Assembly (NCBI GenBank): GCA_934277545.1
Contig: CAKQUG010000005.1
Coordinates: forward strand, 33,588 to 97,587
DNA length: 64,000 bases
Source: an uncultured Alphaproteobacteria bacterium
GTDB taxonomy: Bacteria > Pseudomonadota > Alphaproteobacteria > RF32 > CAG-239
Direction: 5' to 3'
Part shown: piece after piece, positions 1 through 10,261 of the stretch
Numbering within the stretch: position 1 is the first letter of the stretch
Layout: each line of letters begins with the position of its first letter
Position numbers and translations under genes: made by a program
The notes under the pieces: generated by a model
Databases searched by the model: none
What the model was told of the DNA's origin: nothing
What the model saw: the letters and a program-made list of their open reading frames with translations, nothing else

Positions 1-357
1 CAAATTTTCACCAGCTCTTTACGACGCTCCTCGCTCAACGGAGGAATCGGAATACGAATCAGCTGACCGTCTGACATTGGGTTCAAGCCTAAATCACTTT
101 CGCGCAAGGCTTTTTCAACGCTTTTTGCCAAGCCTTTATCCCAAACGCTGACCGACAGCGTACGCGCGTCCGGTACACCGACGGTGCCGACCTGACTAAT
201 CGGGGTCATACTGCCATAGGCTTCAACCAGCACGCCGTCAAGCAGGCTGGCGTGAGCACGGCCGGCGCGAAGTCCGGCAAAATCCGTTTTCAGCGCATCT
301 AAACTTTTTTCCATACGACCCAAGGTTTCAGTTTTAATTTTTTCAAAATCAGACATT
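1..357 (-). CDS. frr: Ribosome recycling factor, N-terminal part; the gene runs off the left edge of the window. Start codon at 357-355.
   Basis: Reverse translation from 357 gives [67 protein letters not shown], typical RRF. It lies immediately downstream of pyrH, the conserved pyrH-frr order. Confidence 0.85.
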
Positions 358-371
358 TTTACCTCTTTATT

Positions 372-1082
372 TTATTTAATTATTGTACACTTTGCCAGAC
401 CGCAAACAGCCTCGACAATCGAATTTTTTCCTTTTTGCGCAAACACCATAATCGGAATATTATTTTCCGCCGCCATAGTGATTGCAGTCATATCCATAAC
501 TTTAAGTTTTTTAGCTTCAACTTCGGCAAAACTAACAGTTTCATAACGTTTAGCATCAGGATTGCTTCTCGGGTCGGAATCATACACACCGTCAACCTGC
601 GTTGCTTTCATAATTACATCACAGTGCATTTCCGCCGCACGTAAAGCCGCACCTGAATCCGTGGTAAAATACGGGTTGCCGGTACCGGCGGCAAAAATAA
701 CCACCCGACCTTTATCCAAAGATTTCATTGCCTCGCGAAAACTATAAGTTTCGCATACTTGCGGCATTACCAAACCCGAATAAATTTCCACAGGACAGCC
801 GGCACGCTCAATAGCGGTTTTCATTACCAGCGCATTCATCAGGGTTGCCATCATACCTACCTGGTCAGCGACGCTTCTGTCCATTCCTTCACTGGCGTTT
901 TTAGCACCACGGAAAAAATTTCCGCCGCCGATAACCAGACAAATCTGCACACCGAGCTCACGCACTTTAGCAACTTCTTCAGCCAATGCGGCGGCTATTC
1001 CGGCATCAACACCAAAGCCTTTATCCCCCATCAAGCCTTCGCCCGAAAGTTTGAGCAATATTCTTTTATAAACAGGTTTCAT
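372..1082 (-). CDS. pyrH: UMP kinase
   Basis: 236-aa ORF reading MKPVYKRILLKLSGEGL...IGGGNFFRG...AAGTGNPYFTTDSGAALRA, the uridylate kinase signature. Precedes frr. Confidence 0.93.
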   Translation of the reverse strand: MKPVYKRILLKLSGEGLMGDKGFGVDAGIAAALAEEVAKVRELGVQICLVIGGGNFFRGAKNASEGMDRSVADQVGMMATLMNALVMKTAIERAGCPVEIYSGLVMPQVCETYSFREAMKSLDKGRVVIFAAGTGNPYFTTDSGAALRAAEMHCDVIMKATQVDGVYDSDPRSNPDAKRYETVSFAEVEAKKLKVMDMTAITMAAENNIPIMVFAQKGKNSIVEAVCGLAKCTIIK

Positions 1083-1240
1083 TTTCTCACCTTATACTAA
1101 TCTGATTGTATGTTACGCATTTTACCGCCGTTGTCATCAATATTTTACACGTTTTCAGCAGAATTTTTTTAAACAATAAAATAGGGTTGAAAATTTTACA
1201 TTTTCTGTTAATGATAGAAAAAATTTCAAACAGGAGAAAG

Positions 1241-1882
1241 ATGATGACTTTATATATGTTTTTATGCGCAATCGGCGGCTATTTGGCCGGGTCAATACCG
1301 TTCGGACTGGTTTTGTGCTTTATGGCCGGCTACGGAGATATCCGCAAAATCGGATCCGGCAATATCGGCGCCACCAACGTTTTGCGCACCGGAAACAAAA
1401 CTTTAGCTTTGTTAACCGTGCTACTGGACGCGTTCAAAGCAGGTTTGGCCGCCTATGCAGCTTATCATCTTTTGCCGGAAACACCGTTTTCTTTTGCCGA
1501 CACAAACACAACATTAAACGTGTTCGGCTCTTTGCTGGCAGGCTCATTCGGCGTTATCGGACATAACTTTCCGGTTTGGCTCAAATTCAAAGGCGGAAAA
1601 GGCGTAGCCTCGGCATTCGGTCTTATTCTAATGACACAATGGCAGGTAGCTTTAATTGCTCTGGCGGTTTGGTTGGTAATGGCTTTTACTTTTCGTTATT
1701 CATCACTTGCCGCATTGACAGCGGCTGCCTCAATACCGGTAGTGGCATTTTTTATGTGCCCTCCCGTTTATGCCGCTTTTTACACAATAATTGCCTTACT
1801 TGTAATTGTGCGCCACCACGCCAATATTGCCCGCTTATTGAACGGCACGGAAAGCAAAATCAGCTTAAAGAAAAAGGCTTAA
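1241..1882 (+). CDS. plsY: Glycerol-3-phosphate acyltransferase PlsY
   Basis: Start chosen at ATG 1241, after GGAGAAAG at 1232-1239. Translation MMTLYMFLCAIGGYLAGSIPFGLVL..GSGNIGATNVLRTG matches the PlsY motif and the protein is polytopic. The listed ORF from 1106 begins in upstream non-coding sequence. Confidence 0.88.
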   Translation: MMTLYMFLCAIGGYLAGSIPFGLVLCFMAGYGDIRKIGSGNIGATNVLRTGNKTLALLTVLLDAFKAGLAAYAAYHLLPETPFSFADTNTTLNVFGSLLAGSFGVIGHNFPVWLKFKGGKGVASAFGLILMTQWQVALIALAVWLVMAFTFRYSSLAALTAAASIPVVAFFMCPPVYAAFYTIIALLVIVRHHANIARLLNGTESKISLKKKA

Positions 1883-1885
1883 AAC

Positions 1886-3007
1886 GTGGTTGACAGCGAG
1901 CTTTTAAATATTTTGCGCATGATGCTGACCGAGGGAATCGGTCCGATTACATTCTATAAATATATGCAGACTTACAACAGTTTGGATAAGGTTTTGAGTG
2001 CAGTTACGCAAAAGAAAAAGCTCTGTCCTCCGGCGCTTGCCGAAAAAGAACTTGAACGGGCGGCGGCACTCGGAGTTAAACTGATTGCCTATACAAGCAC
2101 CGCTTACCCCGAATCGTTAAAGCAGTTAAACGACGCTCCGCCGATATTATACGCTTTAGGCAACACCGATTTATTAAACTATCCTCTGAGCATGGCGATT
2201 GTAGGCGCCCGCAACGCCTCAATCAACGGCCGCAAAATAGCCTCGCGAATCGCCTATGATTTGACAGAAAACGATGTTTTAGTGGTTTCCGGCATGGCTC
2301 GCGGCATAGACAGCGCCGCCCATAAAGGCGCTTTATATGCCAAAGAAAAGCACGGACCGACAATAGCCGTTTTGGGTACCGGTGTTGATGTGGTTTATCC
2401 GTCGGAAAATAAAGATTTGTACAAGAACATTGCCGAACAAGGCTTGATTATTTCAGAACTTCCGTTCGGCACAGCGGCGCAGATTTCTACTTTTCCGCGG
2501 CGGAATCGAATTATTTCCGCCCTTTCCGCCGGAACTTTGGTGGTGGAAGCAAGCATGCACTCCGGTTCGCTGATTACGGCAAAATGCGCACTGGAACAAG
2601 GGAAAGATATTTTCGCCGTTCCCGGCTCTCCGCTGGAAAATCGTTCACAGGCACCGAATCTCTTAATTAAAGAAGGAGCTGTTTTAACAGAAAACGCCGA
2701 CGACATACTTAATGTATTAAGTATAAGTCAAAACCGGCAAATAAAAAACACCCAACTGAGTTTGAAGCCTCTTGACAAAGCGGAAAATCGTGTAAATATT
2801 TCTGACATTAAAATTGCTGAGCCGCAATCGGAAAAAGAAGACAAAGTTTCTTTAATCGAACTTATCTCTTTTGAAGGTGTGGATATAGATGAGCTATTGC
2901 GTTCCAGCGGTTTAACGCAAGCCGACTTTTTTTCGCAGCTCTTGGATTTGGAGTTTAGCGGGAAAATAGAACGGCAGGCCGGCAACCGGGTGGCGCGCTT
3001 AAAATAA
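1886..3007 (+). CDS. dprA: DNA processing protein DprA (Smf)
   Basis: 373 aa with a GTG start. The N-terminus has L..L.TEGIGPITF and the core has GMARGIDSAAHKGAL plus a Rossmann-like fold and a C-terminal extension. The dprA-topA adjacency is conserved. Confidence 0.88.
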   Translation: MVDSELLNILRMMLTEGIGPITFYKYMQTYNSLDKVLSAVTQKKKLCPPALAEKELERAAALGVKLIAYTSTAYPESLKQLNDAPPILYALGNTDLLNYPLSMAIVGARNASINGRKIASRIAYDLTENDVLVVSGMARGIDSAAHKGALYAKEKHGPTIAVLGTGVDVVYPSENKDLYKNIAEQGLIISELPFGTAAQISTFPRRNRIISALSAGTLVVEASMHSGSLITAKCALEQGKDIFAVPGSPLENRSQAPNLLIKEGAVLTENADDILNVLSISQNRQIKNTQLSLKPLDKAENRVNISDIKIAEPQSEKEDKVSLIELISFEGVDIDELLRSSGLTQADFFSQLLDLEFSGKIERQAGNRVARLK

Positions 3008-3020
3008 GGTATAAAATAAA

Positions 3021-5483
3021 ATGAAGTTAGTTGTTGTAGAATCTCCGGCAAAAGCCAAAACAATCAATAAGTATCTGGGTTCAGACTATAAAGTTTTGGC
3101 CAGCTATGGACATATCCGAGATTTGCCCAGCAAAGACGGCTCTGTAGACCCGGACAATGACTTTGCCATGACTTGGGAGTTCAGTCCCGTGGGCAAAAAG
3201 CACCTCAACGATATTATCGCTGCGCTTAAAGACTGCGACACACTTATTCTCGCATCCGACCCGGATAGAGAAGGAGAAGCTATTGCTTGGCATATTCTGG
3301 AAGAACTGAAAGAAAAGAAAAAACTCAACGGCAAAAAAATTGAGCGCGTGGTTTTCCACGAAATTACAAAATCAGCCGTCAAGGAAGGTATTGAAAACCC
3401 GCGGGAAATAGACCAGGATTTAGTCAGCGCCTATATGGCTCGCCGTGCTTTGGATTACTTGGTGGGTTTCAATTTATCACCGATTTTATGGCGTAAACTT
3501 CCGGGCTCTAAATCGGCAGGACGCGTACAATCTGTAGCTCTGCGTTTGATTTGTGACCGTGAAAATGAAATTGATAAATTTAAGCCGGAAGAATATTGGA
3601 CTATTGATGTTAATGTTTTGACTGCGCAAAAAGCGGAAATGTTAACCCATTTAATTAACTTAGACGGCAAAAAATTAGACAAGTTTACAATTAACAGCGA
3701 AGAAAAGGCCCTTGCCGCCAAAACTAAAATAGAAGCTCAAAATTTTGCAATTTCAAACGTTGAACGCAAAAAAGCCAGCCGCTATCCGGCTCCGCCGTTT
3801 ACCACATCCACCTTGCAGCAGGAAGCCGCTCGCAAGCTGCGTTTTTCTGCTAAAAAAACCATGCAGGTGGCGCAAAAACTTTATGAAGCCGGTATTATCA
3901 CTTATATGCGTACCGATGCCGTAAACCTTTCTAAAGAAGCCATAAAAGCCTGCCGCAAAGCTATTGAAAAGTATTTTGGTGCAAGTTATTTGCCAAAGAC
4001 CGCAAAAGAATATAAAAACAAAACCAAAAACGCACAGGAAGCACACGAGGCCATTCGTCCGTCCGATGTGATGAACACTCCGAAAAAAATGGAACAGAAA
4101 CTGGACAGCGATGCCCATAAACTTTATGAACTGATTTGGAAACGCACGGTTGCCTGCCAGATGAATCCGGCAATTTTAGACCGCGTTGTGGTTGACGCCA
4201 AATCGGCTGACGGCAAAATTTTGCTACGCGCCAACGGACAAGTGATTCAATTTGACGGTTTCTTAAAACTTTATCAAGAAAGCAAAGACGATTCCGATGA
4301 TGACGACGAAAACACCATTTTGCCAAATGTGGAGCCGGGTGAATCCGTTGAAAAAAAGGAAATTAAACCAACCCAGCATTTTACCACGCCGCCGCCGAGA
4401 TTTACGGAAGCAAGTTTGGTTAAAAAGCTGGAAGAACTTGGTATCGGACGACCGTCAACTTATGCCAACATTATTGCCGTTTTGCAGGAACGTAAATATG
4501 TAAAAGTGGAAAAACTGCGTTTTATTCCGGAAGACCGCGGCCGAATTGTTACCGTATTTTTGGAAAACTTTTTCAAAAAATATGTTGAATATGACTTTAC
4601 GGCGCAAATGGAAGAATTTTTGGATGATGTTTCTGCCGGTGCCATGCAATGGAAAAAACTGCTGGCCGGATTTTGGGCTAAGTTTATCAAAAACATAGAC
4701 GAAGTTAAACCGCTGCAGCTGACCGAAGTGATTAACAAAGTTGACGAAGCGCTTTCCGCCCATCTGTTTCCGCCGCGTGAAGACGGTTCCGACCCGAGAA
4801 TTTGCCCGAAATGCGGCAAAGGACGCTTAAGCATAAAGTTCGGCAAGTTCGGCGCCTTTTTAGGTTGTTCAAACTACCCGGAATGTTCGTACACTAAGCC
4901 TTTGACCGACACTAAGGAAGAAGAGGAAGAAGCCGCCAATGCCAGCGCACAAAAACTTGCCAGTGGCGAAGATAAAATTTTGTGTCAGATGAACGAACAA
5001 AATGTTTATTTGCGCAAAGGACCATACGGCTACTATGTTCAGCTCGGCGATGCCTCCGGCAATACAGAAAAGCCAAAACGCTGTTCGCTGCCTAAGTTTG
5101 TGAAACCGGAAGAATTATCAGCCGAGCAAGCGCAAATTCTGCTTTCTCTGCCTCGTGATTTGGGCAACGGAATAGAAGTAAATATCGGCAAATTCGGACA
5201 ATATATTAAGCAAGGCACAAAATCAAAATCTTTGAGCGGCGAAGATAATATATTTAACATTACGGCAGAGCGCGCCGAAGAGCTTTTGAAAAACGCCGTG
5301 GCCAAGCCTGAACCAGCGATTTTAGCTCAGCATCCGACTACAAAAGAAAATATTACCTTAAATAAAGGACGCTATGGTATGTATTTGAAATGCGGCAAAA
5401 ATAATTACGCCATTCCAAAAGGTTATGCCCCGAGTTCACTGACCGCCGAAGAGGCAATACAGATTGTAACCGCAAAAAAATAG
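3021..5483 (+). CDS. topA: DNA topoisomerase I
   Basis: 820 aa. The TOPRIM N-terminus reads MKLVVVESPAKAKTINKYLG, the catalytic region contains GIITYMRTD, and C-terminal zinc-ribbon motifs (CPKCGKG...CSNYPEC) are present. Confidence 0.95.
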   Translation: MKLVVVESPAKAKTINKYLGSDYKVLASYGHIRDLPSKDGSVDPDNDFAMTWEFSPVGKKHLNDIIAALKDCDTLILASDPDREGEAIAWHILEELKEKKKLNGKKIERVVFHEITKSAVKEGIENPREIDQDLVSAYMARRALDYLVGFNLSPILWRKLPGSKSAGRVQSVALRLICDRENEIDKFKPEEYWTIDVNVLTAQKAEMLTHLINLDGKKLDKFTINSEEKALAAKTKIEAQNFAISNVERKKASRYPAPPFTTSTLQQEAARKLRFSAKKTMQVAQKLYEAGIITYMRTDAVNLSKEAIKACRKAIEKYFGASYLPKTAKEYKNKTKNAQEAHEAIRPSDVMNTPKKMEQKLDSDAHKLYELIWKRTVACQMNPAILDRVVVDAKSADGKILLRANGQVIQFDGFLKLYQESKDDSDDDDENTILPNVEPGESVEKKEIKPTQHFTTPPPRFTEASLVKKLEELGIGRPSTYANIIAVLQERKYVKVEKLRFIPEDRGRIVTVFLENFFKKYVEYDFTAQMEEFLDDVSAGAMQWKKLLAGFWAKFIKNIDEVKPLQLTEVINKVDEALSAHLFPPREDGSDPRICPKCGKGRLSIKFGKFGAFLGCSNYPECSYTKPLTDTKEEEEEAANASAQKLASGEDKILCQMNEQNVYLRKGPYGYYVQLGDASGNTEKPKRCSLPKFVKPEELSAEQAQILLSLPRDLGNGIEVNIGKFGQYIKQGTKSKSLSGEDNIFNITAERAEELLKNAVAKPEPAILAQHPTTKENITLNKGRYGMYLKCGKNNYAIPKGYAPSSLTAEEAIQIVTAKK

Positions 5484-5574
5484 CGTATTTTTAGAGGATT
5501 GCTGACAAATTTGCTTGCAAAATTGATTATAAACAGTTATACCTTTGACAAATATTGAAAAAAATGAGGTTTTA

Positions 5575-5796
5575 ATGAGTAAAGAAGAATTGTTGGAATT
5601 AACCGGCGAAGTTATTGAAAAACTGCCAAACGCCATGTTTCGCGTCCGTTTGGAAAACGGTGTGGAGATTTTGGCGCATACTGCAGGAAAAATGCGTAAG
5701 TTCCGTATCCGCGTTATGGTCGGCGACAAAGTTGATATTGAAATGACGCCGTACGACCTGACTAAAGGGCGCATTACTTTCCGCCATAAAGATTAA
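5575..5796 (+). CDS. infA: Translation initiation factor IF-1
   Basis: 73 aa, [73 protein letters not shown], an S1-like fold. The RBS TGAGG lies upstream of ATG 5575. The listed ORF from 5545 is an in-frame upstream extension. Confidence 0.9.
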   Translation: MSKEELLELTGEVIEKLPNAMFRVRLENGVEILAHTAGKMRKFRIRVMVGDKVDIEMTPYDLTKGRITFRHKD

Positions 5797-5826
5797 GAAA
5801 GAAGCCGGCACGGCTTCTTTTTTTAT
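5797..5826 (+). terminator. Rho-independent terminator after infA
   Basis: Hairpin aagaagccg-gca-cggcttctt followed by TTTTTTT. Confidence 0.75.
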
Positions 5827-5850
5827 GTCTTTAGATGCTGATTATCCGTA

Positions 5851-5888
5851 AACAAAAATCCTCAACCGCAAGATTGAGGATTTTTTAC
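5851..5888 (-). terminator. Rho-independent terminator of the autotransporter gene; usable from either strand
   Basis: Hairpin atcctcaa-ccgcaag-attgaggat with an A-run on its 5' side and a T-run on its 3' side. It lies 15-50 nt beyond the minus-strand stop at 5903. Confidence 0.7.
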
Positions 5889-5902
5889 TGAAAGTAAACT
5901 CA

Positions 5903-8900
5903 TTACCACTTGTAGCGGATATTTCCACCGACACCCCAAGCACTGTAGCTTGAACCGAAGGTATAGTTACCGAACGCTCCGAGCGAGAAGTTTTTAACAA
6001 TTTCAGCGTCGGCGCCGACTTCAATACGTCCCAAAGTTTCGTTTTCAATGGTCTTGTCAAACGTCGTATCGTTAACTTTGACATTGCCGCCGTTGGCGAT
6101 AGTCTGAATTACCGACGGTTTAATATAACCGGTTGTCGGCAGCTGGCGTTCATTGTTAAACTGATATTCATATTTAATACCGGCTTCAAGTTCTATATCG
6201 TGAATGGTATCAAAACTTACTTCCTTGCCGGTTGAATCTTTGATGTCATCAAATTTGATATAGTCATAAGTAGCCTTAATTGATGGAGTCAAAACCGAAC
6301 GCTGCGAGGTTTTAATATCATAGCCGATTTCAGCCTGCGCGCCTAAATTCAGTCCGTCGGTTGAAGCGCTGACGCCGTTGTCAGCCTTTATATCAGCACT
6401 TTGCATACCTCCGTAAACCGCGCCGCTCATAAACAGGTCGCCGAAATATTGACGATAGTAAGCACCGCCTAAAACGCTGGTAATATCCAATTCACTGCCA
6501 TAGTTGGAAAGAATATCACCCTCGCCTTTGCCGCTGTTTTCATAAGTGCCGTCGCGGTAAGAACCGAAGATTCCGAACTGGCTGGAAATGTTGAACTGGT
6601 GGTCATAGCCAAAGTCAACTCCGTACATTTTAACATCGGTTTCAACCGGCTTGTCAAACGTGCCGGAACGATATACCGGAGTAGCCCAAACGCTGTCTTT
6701 ACCGCCCATATCACGGAAGTTGCAGACTTTGTAGTTGCATTCATCACGATAGCAGTTGCAGCTGCCTTTATCCAAACGTCCGACATTAAACAGCAGCGAA
6801 CGGCTTTGTTCAATCGCCGAACGAGGCAAATCAATATAGGCGATAACCTCGGGGCTCAAAAACTTAGTGCGATAGAAATACCAGTCGTTAACCATTCCGT
6901 TTTCATCATGGCCGATACCGATTTCATAAATATTGCTGCTGGCTTTGGAAACAAACGTATAATCAGCCAAAGACTGCTCGGCTTGAGTTTGCGCAAAATA
7001 AATACGGTCATCAATACCCAGTTTCAAGTTTGTCGCATTGTCAAACGCAATATTGGTGGTTCCGTAAATCTTATCGTTTACAATAATGCGATCGGCCTTC
7101 AAGTTCGGATTATCCACATCAATGCGGATAGTACCGTTTTCGCTTTGCACCGTGTTGATGGAAAAGTCTGTCAGCACACCGTCGCCTAAATTCAGCAGGC
7201 CGGCATTTTTAAGAGTATTTGCCAAATTTTTGCTGGCAGTACCGTCGTTTGCCTTGTAGTTAATTGTTGAACCGCTGAAAATATCAAAATTGTTATTAGT
7301 CAGGCTATCGCCGTCATCCAAGTTCAGATAAGAGCCGGAATTAAGATTTACCACCGTGTTTTTAAGATTGAGCGTCGGCTCGTAATCTATGTATCCGGTT
7401 TTGCCGATATTTAATTGCGTGTTGGCAATATTATAGACACCGGTGCCGGCAAAAGTCGAGTTAAGAATAATTTGCGACTGCGAACTGTTTACCGCTTGCG
7501 GCAAAACCGCGCTGCCAACCGACATTGTGCCCAAAATCAAATTCGGAGAATCGCCGGTAATGGTAATTGTGCCAAGGTTATAAACATCATCCGCCGTAGT
7601 GTTGAACACCAGCTTCGCCGTGTCGGACAAAGTAAAATTCATATCTCCGGCCGTTTCATTATAAATGGCTCCGCCCAAACCGCCGGTTGCGCTGTTGCCG
7701 TCAAAAGTCAAAGACGTGTCTTTTTTCAGGCCGGCATTAAACACAGCATGACCGGAATTATATACCGCGCCGCCTTTTGCCGCTTTGTTAGCGCTGAAAT
7801 TTATGCTTGCCGTATTGGTTACATTATTGGTTTGCAAAGTGATTTTGCCCAAGTTATAAATCGCTCCGCCGTTTTCTCCGGCTGCGTTGCGCGCAAACTG
7901 CACAGTTCCGTTATTGCCGACCGCCAATTCAATGTTGCCAAACTCATAAGTTCCGGAGGTTTGGTCTAAGTTACCGGCGTTTGCCCAAGCACCACCGTTA
8001 ACTCCGGCCGTGTTATCGCTGAAAGTAAGCTCATAACCGTCCGAAACCTTAAAAGTCATACCGTCTTCATCGGCATAGTTATACATTACACCGCCGTATT
8101 TGTTTGCTTTGTTTCCGCTGAAAGCAATATTTCCGCCGGTAGCATTCACGGTTAAACGGGAAATTTCACCGTCCGGGTTGTTAGTGCCGTTTCCGCTTGC
8201 CGAATTTGCCAAAGCACCACCCAAATCGGCTTCATTTTGTTTGAATAGTATCGTATGTCCGTTTTCGGCAAAAATATCCAGCTGTCCCAAATTATCATTG
8301 GTTATGGCGCCGCCGATACCTGATCCCGACGCGGATAAAGCCTTGTTGCCGGATAATTCTATATCGGCGTTGCGAGCAATAAGCTGCAAGCGGCTTACAT
8401 GTCCGGAATTATTTTCGCCTTGAGCCCGGTTATAAATGGCACCGCCTTCTGCCCCAACTCCAGGATTGGCAGAAGCGCTGATAACCTGGTTGTTTTTAAA
8501 TGAACTGTCAATAATTTCGCTGAGCGGAGAAGTATTTTCGCCGGCTGCCGTAGCATTGGCAAACGCACCGCCGTAAGACACTCCGGTTTGCGATTCCGCA
8601 CGGGCGTAGTTGTTTTCAAACGTGGCTCCGCTGATGGTTATTTTTCCTTCATTATAGACAGCGCCGCCATAAACATTGTTGGTGTCGTTAACGGCATAGT
8701 TGTTGCTGAAAGTCGCACCACTGACCGAAGCGACACCGGTCAAACCATTGCCCAACGCACCGCCTTTAACCACGACACTGCCGTTAGCATGGTTGCCGTC
8801 AAAGACCAATCCGCCGTCGGTTGCTGTTAAAGTTCCGTCATTATAAAAAGCACCGCCGAACACGCCGGTATTTGTTGTTGTGCCGACGCCTTGCAGGCTG

Positions 8901-10186
8901 TTGTCGGAAAACAAAGTGTTGCCGGTAAGGGTATAGGAACCGCCCTGTGCGTTATAAACGGCGCCACCGTATGCGGTTGCAGCTTCGGCATAGTTATTGC
9001 TGAAATTATTTTCATCGGCGGTATAAGTACCGCTGTTGGAAACCGCGCCGCCTTTTGCCGTGGAGGTTGCTTTGCTGTAATTGTTTGCGAAAACACTGCC
9101 GGAAACAGAAATAACGCCGTTATTATAAACAGCGCCACCCTCGCCCAATTCGTCGCCGGCCACATAGTTGCCGCTAAAGTTGGTACTTCCATTGTTGGTT
9201 ATGGTAAAATTGCCGGTAACGCCGTTTTCAATTCCGTTATAAACCGCTCCGCCCTGAGCTGTTGTTCCTTTGGCAAAGTTAGATTTAAAGACATCATTTT
9301 CCGAAATGAACGTGCTGCTGTTATAAACTGCGCCGCCCATAGCTTTTTCGGTAGTCTTTCCCACAAACTGCGTTAAAAAAGCGTTGGTAGAAGAAGTTTC
9401 GTTTGCTGCATAATTGCCGACATATTGGTTGTTTTTAGACAGCAAATAGCCTTTATCCGTATTATCCAAAGCAAAGTTAGAAACCGCACCGCCGGAAATT
9501 GTTTTTTCGCCCATTACATAGTTTTTAACAAATTTGCTGTTGCTGATAACATTATCCTGATTATTGCTGTAATTGGCAATCGCACCGGACGTAATCATTC
9601 CGGTCGGATTATTGGCGCTGGCACTATTGTTTTCAAAAGTGGTGTTTGTTATTTTTATAAGTGGCTGAGTTCCGATTTCATCTTCATCGCCAACCGCAAA
9701 AACACCGCCGCCGACCTGATTCATTAAAGCGCGGGTATTGTGCTTGTTAGAGATGATAACGCCGCCGGTTACTTCCGTAATTTGTCCGGTACCAAAATCA
9801 TATTTGTAACCGGTATAAACATTGCCGTTATCAAATATCCAAGCGCCGGCCTTAAACTGAGCCGGGTCGGAACCTTCCGAAAACAATTCCTGCGTGTAGT
9901 TTCTGTCAATATACAAAGTGCCGATAGACTGCTTGTTGGCTCCGGTATCGGTACTGATGGTGGTTCCCATATAATCTTTGAGATAACCGATAGTAGTTTG
10001 ACCTTTAGAATCCAAATTCCCCGAATTACTGGCATTGGCAGTCTGGTTCGGTGTCCAATCGTCGGCAACAGCCGGAGCTGCCGCCATAAAGAAAGCAGCC
10101 GCCAAATTCAGCAACAAGCATTTTTTCAAAACACTGCGGTATTGCGCATTTAACAAACCTAAAGTATGACTATGTGCCTTCATCAT
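5903..10186 (-). CDS. Very large autotransporter (type Va) outer-membrane protein with a Pmp-like repetitive passenger domain
   Basis: 1427 aa. The extended signal peptide is MMKAHSHTLGLLNAQYRSVLKKCLLLNLAAAFFMAAAPAVA. The passenger carries dozens of GGAVYN / GGAI(Y/T)N and F(x)xN tetrapeptide repeats (Pmp-type). The C-terminal roughly 300 aa look like a beta-barrel translocator and end ...GNIRYKW with an aromatic last residue. The RBS AGGAGA precedes ATG 10186. Confidence 0.85.
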   Translation of the reverse strand: MMKAHSHTLGLLNAQYRSVLKKCLLLNLAAAFFMAAAPAVADDWTPNQTANASNSGNLDSKGQTTIGYLKDYMGTTISTDTGANKQSIGTLYIDRNYTQELFSEGSDPAQFKAGAWIFDNGNVYTGYKYDFGTGQITEVTGGVIISNKHNTRALMNQVGGGVFAVGDEDEIGTQPLIKITNTTFENNSASANNPTGMITSGAIANYSNNQDNVISNSKFVKNYVMGEKTISGGAVSNFALDNTDKGYLLSKNNQYVGNYAANETSSTNAFLTQFVGKTTEKAMGGAVYNSSTFISENDVFKSNFAKGTTAQGGAVYNGIENGVTGNFTITNNGSTNFSGNYVAGDELGEGGAVYNNGVISVSGSVFANNYSKATSTAKGGAVSNSGTYTADENNFSNNYAEAATAYGGAVYNAQGGSYTLTGNTLFSDNSLQGVGTTTNTGVFGGAFYNDGTLTATDGGLVFDGNHANGSVVVKGGALGNGLTGVASVSGATFSNNYAVNDTNNVYGGAVYNEGKITISGATFENNYARAESQTGVSYGGAFANATAAGENTSPLSEIIDSSFKNNQVISASANPGVGAEGGAIYNRAQGENNSGHVSRLQLIARNADIELSGNKALSASGSGIGGAITNDNLGQLDIFAENGHTILFKQNEADLGGALANSASGNGTNNPDGEISRLTVNATGGNIAFSGNKANKYGGVMYNYADEDGMTFKVSDGYELTFSDNTAGVNGGAWANAGNLDQTSGTYEFGNIELAVGNNGTVQFARNAAGENGGAIYNLGKITLQTNNVTNTASINFSANKAAKGGAVYNSGHAVFNAGLKKDTSLTFDGNSATGGLGGAIYNETAGDMNFTLSDTAKLVFNTTADDVYNLGTITITGDSPNLILGTMSVGSAVLPQAVNSSQSQIILNSTFAGTGVYNIANTQLNIGKTGYIDYEPTLNLKNTVVNLNSGSYLNLDDGDSLTNNNFDIFSGSTINYKANDGTASKNLANTLKNAGLLNLGDGVLTDFSINTVQSENGTIRIDVDNPNLKADRIIVNDKIYGTTNIAFDNATNLKLGIDDRIYFAQTQAEQSLADYTFVSKASSNIYEIGIGHDENGMVNDWYFYRTKFLSPEVIAYIDLPRSAIEQSRSLLFNVGRLDKGSCNCYRDECNYKVCNFRDMGGKDSVWATPVYRSGTFDKPVETDVKMYGVDFGYDHQFNISSQFGIFGSYRDGTYENSGKGEGDILSNYGSELDITSVLGGAYYRQYFGDLFMSGAVYGGMQSADIKADNGVSASTDGLNLGAQAEIGYDIKTSQRSVLTPSIKATYDYIKFDDIKDSTGKEVSFDTIHDIELEAGIKYEYQFNNERQLPTTGYIKPSVIQTIANGGNVKVNDTTFDKTIENETLGRIEVGADAEIVKNFSLGAFGNYTFGSSYSAWGVGGNIRYKW

Positions 10187-10261
10187 AAAATATCTCCTAT
10201 AAATTTGCCTTATGCTAACGCAAATTTATTAAGAAATATCTAAAACCTTAGGCTGTTTTTA

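Noticed and set aside
1106-1240. 5' extension of the plsY ORF (start at 1106) and the overlapping 100-aa and 105-aa ORFs at 1264-1893.
   Set aside because: The extension translates AT-rich promoter DNA. The RBS and conserved PlsY N-terminus begin at 1241. The internal ORFs are Arg-rich frameshift artefacts.
6469-9727. Many long ORFs (100-196 aa) on the opposite strand and in other frames inside the autotransporter gene (e.g. 6599-7189, 7415-7969, 8891-9376, 8827-9192).
   Set aside because: They are products of the GGx/GCx-rich repetitive coding sequence. Their translations are low-complexity and lack start context. The 1427-aa frame is coherent end to end.
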